From: Oscillospiraceae bacterium
GTDB lineage: Bacteria; Bacillota; Clostridia; Oscillospirales; CAG-272
Length of the DNA stretch: 64,000 bases
NCBI GenBank assembly: GCA_015063325.1
Contig: SVUK01000004.1
Location: forward strand, 75,825-139,824
Direction of reading: 5' to 3'
Made by a program: the position numbers and the translations under genes. The notes beneath the pieces are model-generated. The model worked only from the letters and a program-made list of their open reading frames with translations, had not been told where the DNA came from and did not search any database. Below, piece after piece: positions 61,668-64,000 of this stretch; positions within the stretch are counted from its first letter, which is position 1; every line of letters starts with the position of its first letter.

Positions 61668-62936
61668 ATGGGTATCATCAAGGCGTTTGCCGATTCCGTA
61701 AAAGGCTCGCTTGCCGATCAATGGCTGGAGGTGCTGGAAGCTGATAATATGGACGACAATACCGTTTTCACCAAAGGCGTTGCCGTTCGCACCGACGGGA
61801 GAAACAATAACAAGCGCGGAAATTCGGATGTCATTTCGGACGGTTCCATTATTCACGTTTATCCCAACCAGTTTATGATTTTGGTGGACGGTGGCAGAAT
61901 CGTGGACTATTCCGCCGAGGAAGGATATTATAAAGTGCAAAATTCCTCTGCTCCTTCGCTGTTCAACGGCGAATTCGGCGCAACCTTGAAAGATACATTC
62001 TCGCGAATCAAATTTTCGGGAACACCGTCGTATAAACAACAGGTGTTCTTTATCAATTTGCAGGAGATCAAGGGGATCAAGTTCGGCACCCCTAATCCGG
62101 TCAACTATTTTGACCAGTTCTACAACGCCGAATTGTTCCTGCGCGCCCATGGTACTTATTCCATTAAAATTACTGATCCGATCAAATTCTATTCCGAGGT
62201 TGTTCCGAAAAACGCTTCGCGCGTAGATATCAAGGATATCAACGAGCAGTACCTTTCGGAGTTTTTACAGGCGTTCGGCGCGGCGCTTAACCAAATGTCG
62301 CTGGAAGTCCGCATTTCGCAGGTCATGTCCAAACTGCCCCAGCTTTCCAAATTCATGTCCACCGAGCTGGACGAAAGCTGGAAGGAACTGCGTGGTTTTG
62401 AGGTGCTTGCAGTCGGTATTGCAAGCGTCAGCTACGACGAGGAATCCAAAAAGCTTATCAATATGCGCAACCAGGGTGCCATGCTGGGCGACGCCGCCGT
62501 ACGCGAGGGTTACGTTCAGGGCGCGATTGCAAGAGGTATCGAGAATGCCGGAAGCAACTCTGCCGGAAGCGCGCAGGCGTTTATGGGAATGGGCATCGGC
62601 ATGAACGCCGCCGGCGGATTTATGGCGTCGGCGTCCGCATCCAATCAGGCGCAAATGCTACAACAGCAACAACAGCAGCAAGCGGCGGCAGTCGGCTGGA
62701 CTTGTCCGAAATGCGGCAAAGTCAACACCGGCAAATTCTGCCCCGAGTGCGGAACCTCCAAACCTGCCGGGGAGAGCGGCTGGACCTGCCCCAAATGCGG
62801 CAAGGTGAATAGTGGCAAATTCTGTTCCGAATGCGGCGAGCCGAAGCCGGCAGGCGAGTGGTTCTGTTCCAACTGCGGACATAAAAACCCGGCAGGAACC
62901 AAATTCTGCCCCGAGTGCGGACACGCGAAGGATTGA
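61668..62936 (+). CDS. SPFH/Band-7 domain protein with a poly-Gln linker and three C-terminal zinc ribbons (YdjI/COG4260-like)
   Basis: MGIIKAFADSVKGSLADQWLE start typical of COG4260 proteins. QQQQQQQ linker. Three ribbons: WTCPKCGKVNTGKFCPECG, WTCPKCGKVNSGKFCSECG and WFCSNCGHKNPAGTKFCPECG. SD AAAGGAGA. Confidence 0.78.
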   Translation: MGIIKAFADSVKGSLADQWLEVLEADNMDDNTVFTKGVAVRTDGRNNNKRGNSDVISDGSIIHVYPNQFMILVDGGRIVDYSAEEGYYKVQNSSAPSLFNGEFGATLKDTFSRIKFSGTPSYKQQVFFINLQEIKGIKFGTPNPVNYFDQFYNAELFLRAHGTYSIKITDPIKFYSEVVPKNASRVDIKDINEQYLSEFLQAFGAALNQMSLEVRISQVMSKLPQLSKFMSTELDESWKELRGFEVLAVGIASVSYDEESKKLINMRNQGAMLGDAAVREGYVQGAIARGIENAGSNSAGSAQAFMGMGIGMNAAGGFMASASASNQAQMLQQQQQQQAAAVGWTCPKCGKVNTGKFCPECGTSKPAGESGWTCPKCGKVNSGKFCSECGEPKPAGEWFCSNCGHKNPAGTKFCPECGHAKD

Positions 62937-62943
62937 GTGAACG

Positions 62944-64000
62944 ATGTCTGAGCAAACAGCTACATACGAGTGCCCGAACTGCGGCGCGTCACTGACCTTT
63001 AACGCCGCCGAGCAACTTTTCACCTGCGAGTTTTGCCTTTCCAAATTTACGCGCGAGCAGGTTTTGAGCGCCAACAGCGAGGAAAAAATTCGGGAGCAGG
63101 AAGCCGCCGAGGAAGCCTTCAACGCGCAAATGAACGAATACGAGTGCAAGCATTGCGGCGCGCATGTCATTACCGACGAACATACCGTTGCAAGCGAATG
63201 CGCGTATTGCCATAATCCCATCGTTTTGGTGGGAAGGCTTTCCGGAGAGATGAAACCGCAAAAGATCATTCCGTTCGGGTATGACAAAGCTGCGGCAGAA
63301 GAAGTTTTTTTCAAGTTTGTCAAAAAGAAATGGTTTGTTCCAAAGTCCTTTTTTGTTAAGGAACAGGTCGAAAAGATTGCCGGCATCTACTATCCGTTTT
63401 GGGTCACCGACGCCAATACCGATTCCAGAATTCAGGCGCATGCCACCAAGGTGCGCACATGGAGGACGGGGAACCGGGAATATACCGAGACCTCGCATTT
63501 TGAAATTTACCGTCGGGGCAAGATTCATTTTGAAGATTTGACCACGGCGGCGCTTTCGGATGCCGATAAAAAAATGCTGGAAGGAATTCTGCCCTATCCG
63601 AGCGCGGCACTGGAGGATTTCTCTATGCCCTATCTTTCGGGATATGCCGCAAAAAAGCGGAATTTGGAGCGGGACGATATCAAAGCCGAGCTCAAGGGCA
63701 GAATCGATCATTATTCCGAGCGGATTCTGCGCGCCACGATTTCCGCATCTTATACGACCATGAAAGTATACGGCAGAGAGAGCCGGGTACTCAACAGCCA
63801 TTGGGATTATTCGCTTCTTCCCGTTTGGGTGTTGACCTATCGGGATGAAAAACGGAATAAAAATTATGTTTATACCATGAACGGACATACCGGAAAGGTG
63901 CACGGGGAGCTTCCGGTCAGCCGGTGGAAGCTCGCGGCGCTGTTTGGTGCGGTTGCAACGGCATTGACCGGTTTATTCACGCTGATCGGAGGGCTGATTG
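62944..64000 (+). CDS. Zinc-ribbon protein with a C-terminal TM helix; partial, running off the window end (not in the ORF track because no stop is reached)
   Basis: ATG 62944 lies 8 nt after the SPFH stop. My own translation gives MSEQTATYECPNCGASLTFNAAEQLFTCEFCLSKF...YECKHCGAHVITDEHTVASECAYCHNP...IYYPFWV...WKLAALFGAVATALTGLFTLIGGLI, open to nt 64000. Confidence 0.6.
   Translation, partial: MSEQTATYECPNCGASLTFNAAEQLFTCEFCLSKFTREQVLSANSEEKIREQEAAEEAFNAQMNEYECKHCGAHVITDEHTVASECAYCHNPIVLVGRLSGEMKPQKIIPFGYDKAAAEEVFFKFVKKKWFVPKSFFVKEQVEKIAGIYYPFWVTDANTDSRIQAHATKVRTWRTGNREYTETSHFEIYRRGKIHFEDLTTAALSDADKKMLEGILPYPSAALEDFSMPYLSGYAAKKRNLERDDIKAELKGRIDHYSERILRATISASYTTMKVYGRESRVLNSHWDYSLLPVWVLTYRDEKRNKNYVYTMNGHTGKVHGELPVSRWKLAALFGAVATALTGLFTLIGGLI

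Noticed and set aside
1-64000. tRNA, rRNA, tmRNA, RNase P and SRP RNA genes
   Set aside because: I scanned for T-loop (GGTTCGAAT/GTTCAAAT) contexts, the RNase P GAGGAAAGTCC motif and the SRP GGAAGCAGC helix-8 motif. The only hits lie inside coding or A-rich spacer sequence without cloverleaf context. None is called.

Overview
This 64-kb window comes from a moderately GC-rich, spore-forming Firmicutes/Clostridia chromosome. That placement rests on conserved gene clusters: cotJA-cotJB-cotJC, gdpP-rplI-dnaB, tilS-hpt-ftsH, yceD-rpmF and pgk-tpiA. An Oscillospiraceae-like origin is only a guess. I call about 59 protein-coding genes (two of them truncated by the window edges) and saw no rRNA, tRNA or CRISPR array. 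Roughly 13.4-61.4 kb is ordinary housekeeping: aminoacyl-tRNA synthetases, glycolysis, an amino-acid ABC transporter, RNase J, FtsH, DnaB and similar, many behind near-consensus sigma-A promoters and clean hairpin terminators. The accessory or unusual content is as follows. (1) A compact phage head-assembly and DNA-packaging operon at 4.6-12.0 kb (TerS, TerL, a 578-aa unknown, portal, scaffold, capsid, a 130-aa protein) has no tail, lysis, replication or integrase genes, host-like composition, and several ordered repeat arrays in its non-coding parts. (2) An AT-rich single-gene island at 1156-2376 encodes a 406-aa PP-loop protein with a QueC-like Cys cluster. (3) A metal-related operon at 52.3-55.3 kb has a COG0523 GTPase with a 3.5x His/Asp/Cys-rich tandem repeat, a degenerate COG0523-like domain fused to a CC-motif domain, and a methyltransferase. 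(4) A roughly 250-nt structured leader or ncRNA candidate at 61.38-61.62 kb has terminator/antiterminator logic and sits upstream of an SPFH/triple-zinc-ribbon gene pair. (5) A class I LysRS is fused to a C-terminal tRNA-binding OB domain. (6) A yhaONM-like repair operon has an SMC-like ATPase with a predicted membrane hairpin. (7) Three AT-rich orphan lipoprotein genes are inserted singly between core genes. (8) A dispersed ~70-bp palindromic element occurs in two copies. All functional calls come from motif and N-terminus recognition and gene order, done by eye. No database search was run.
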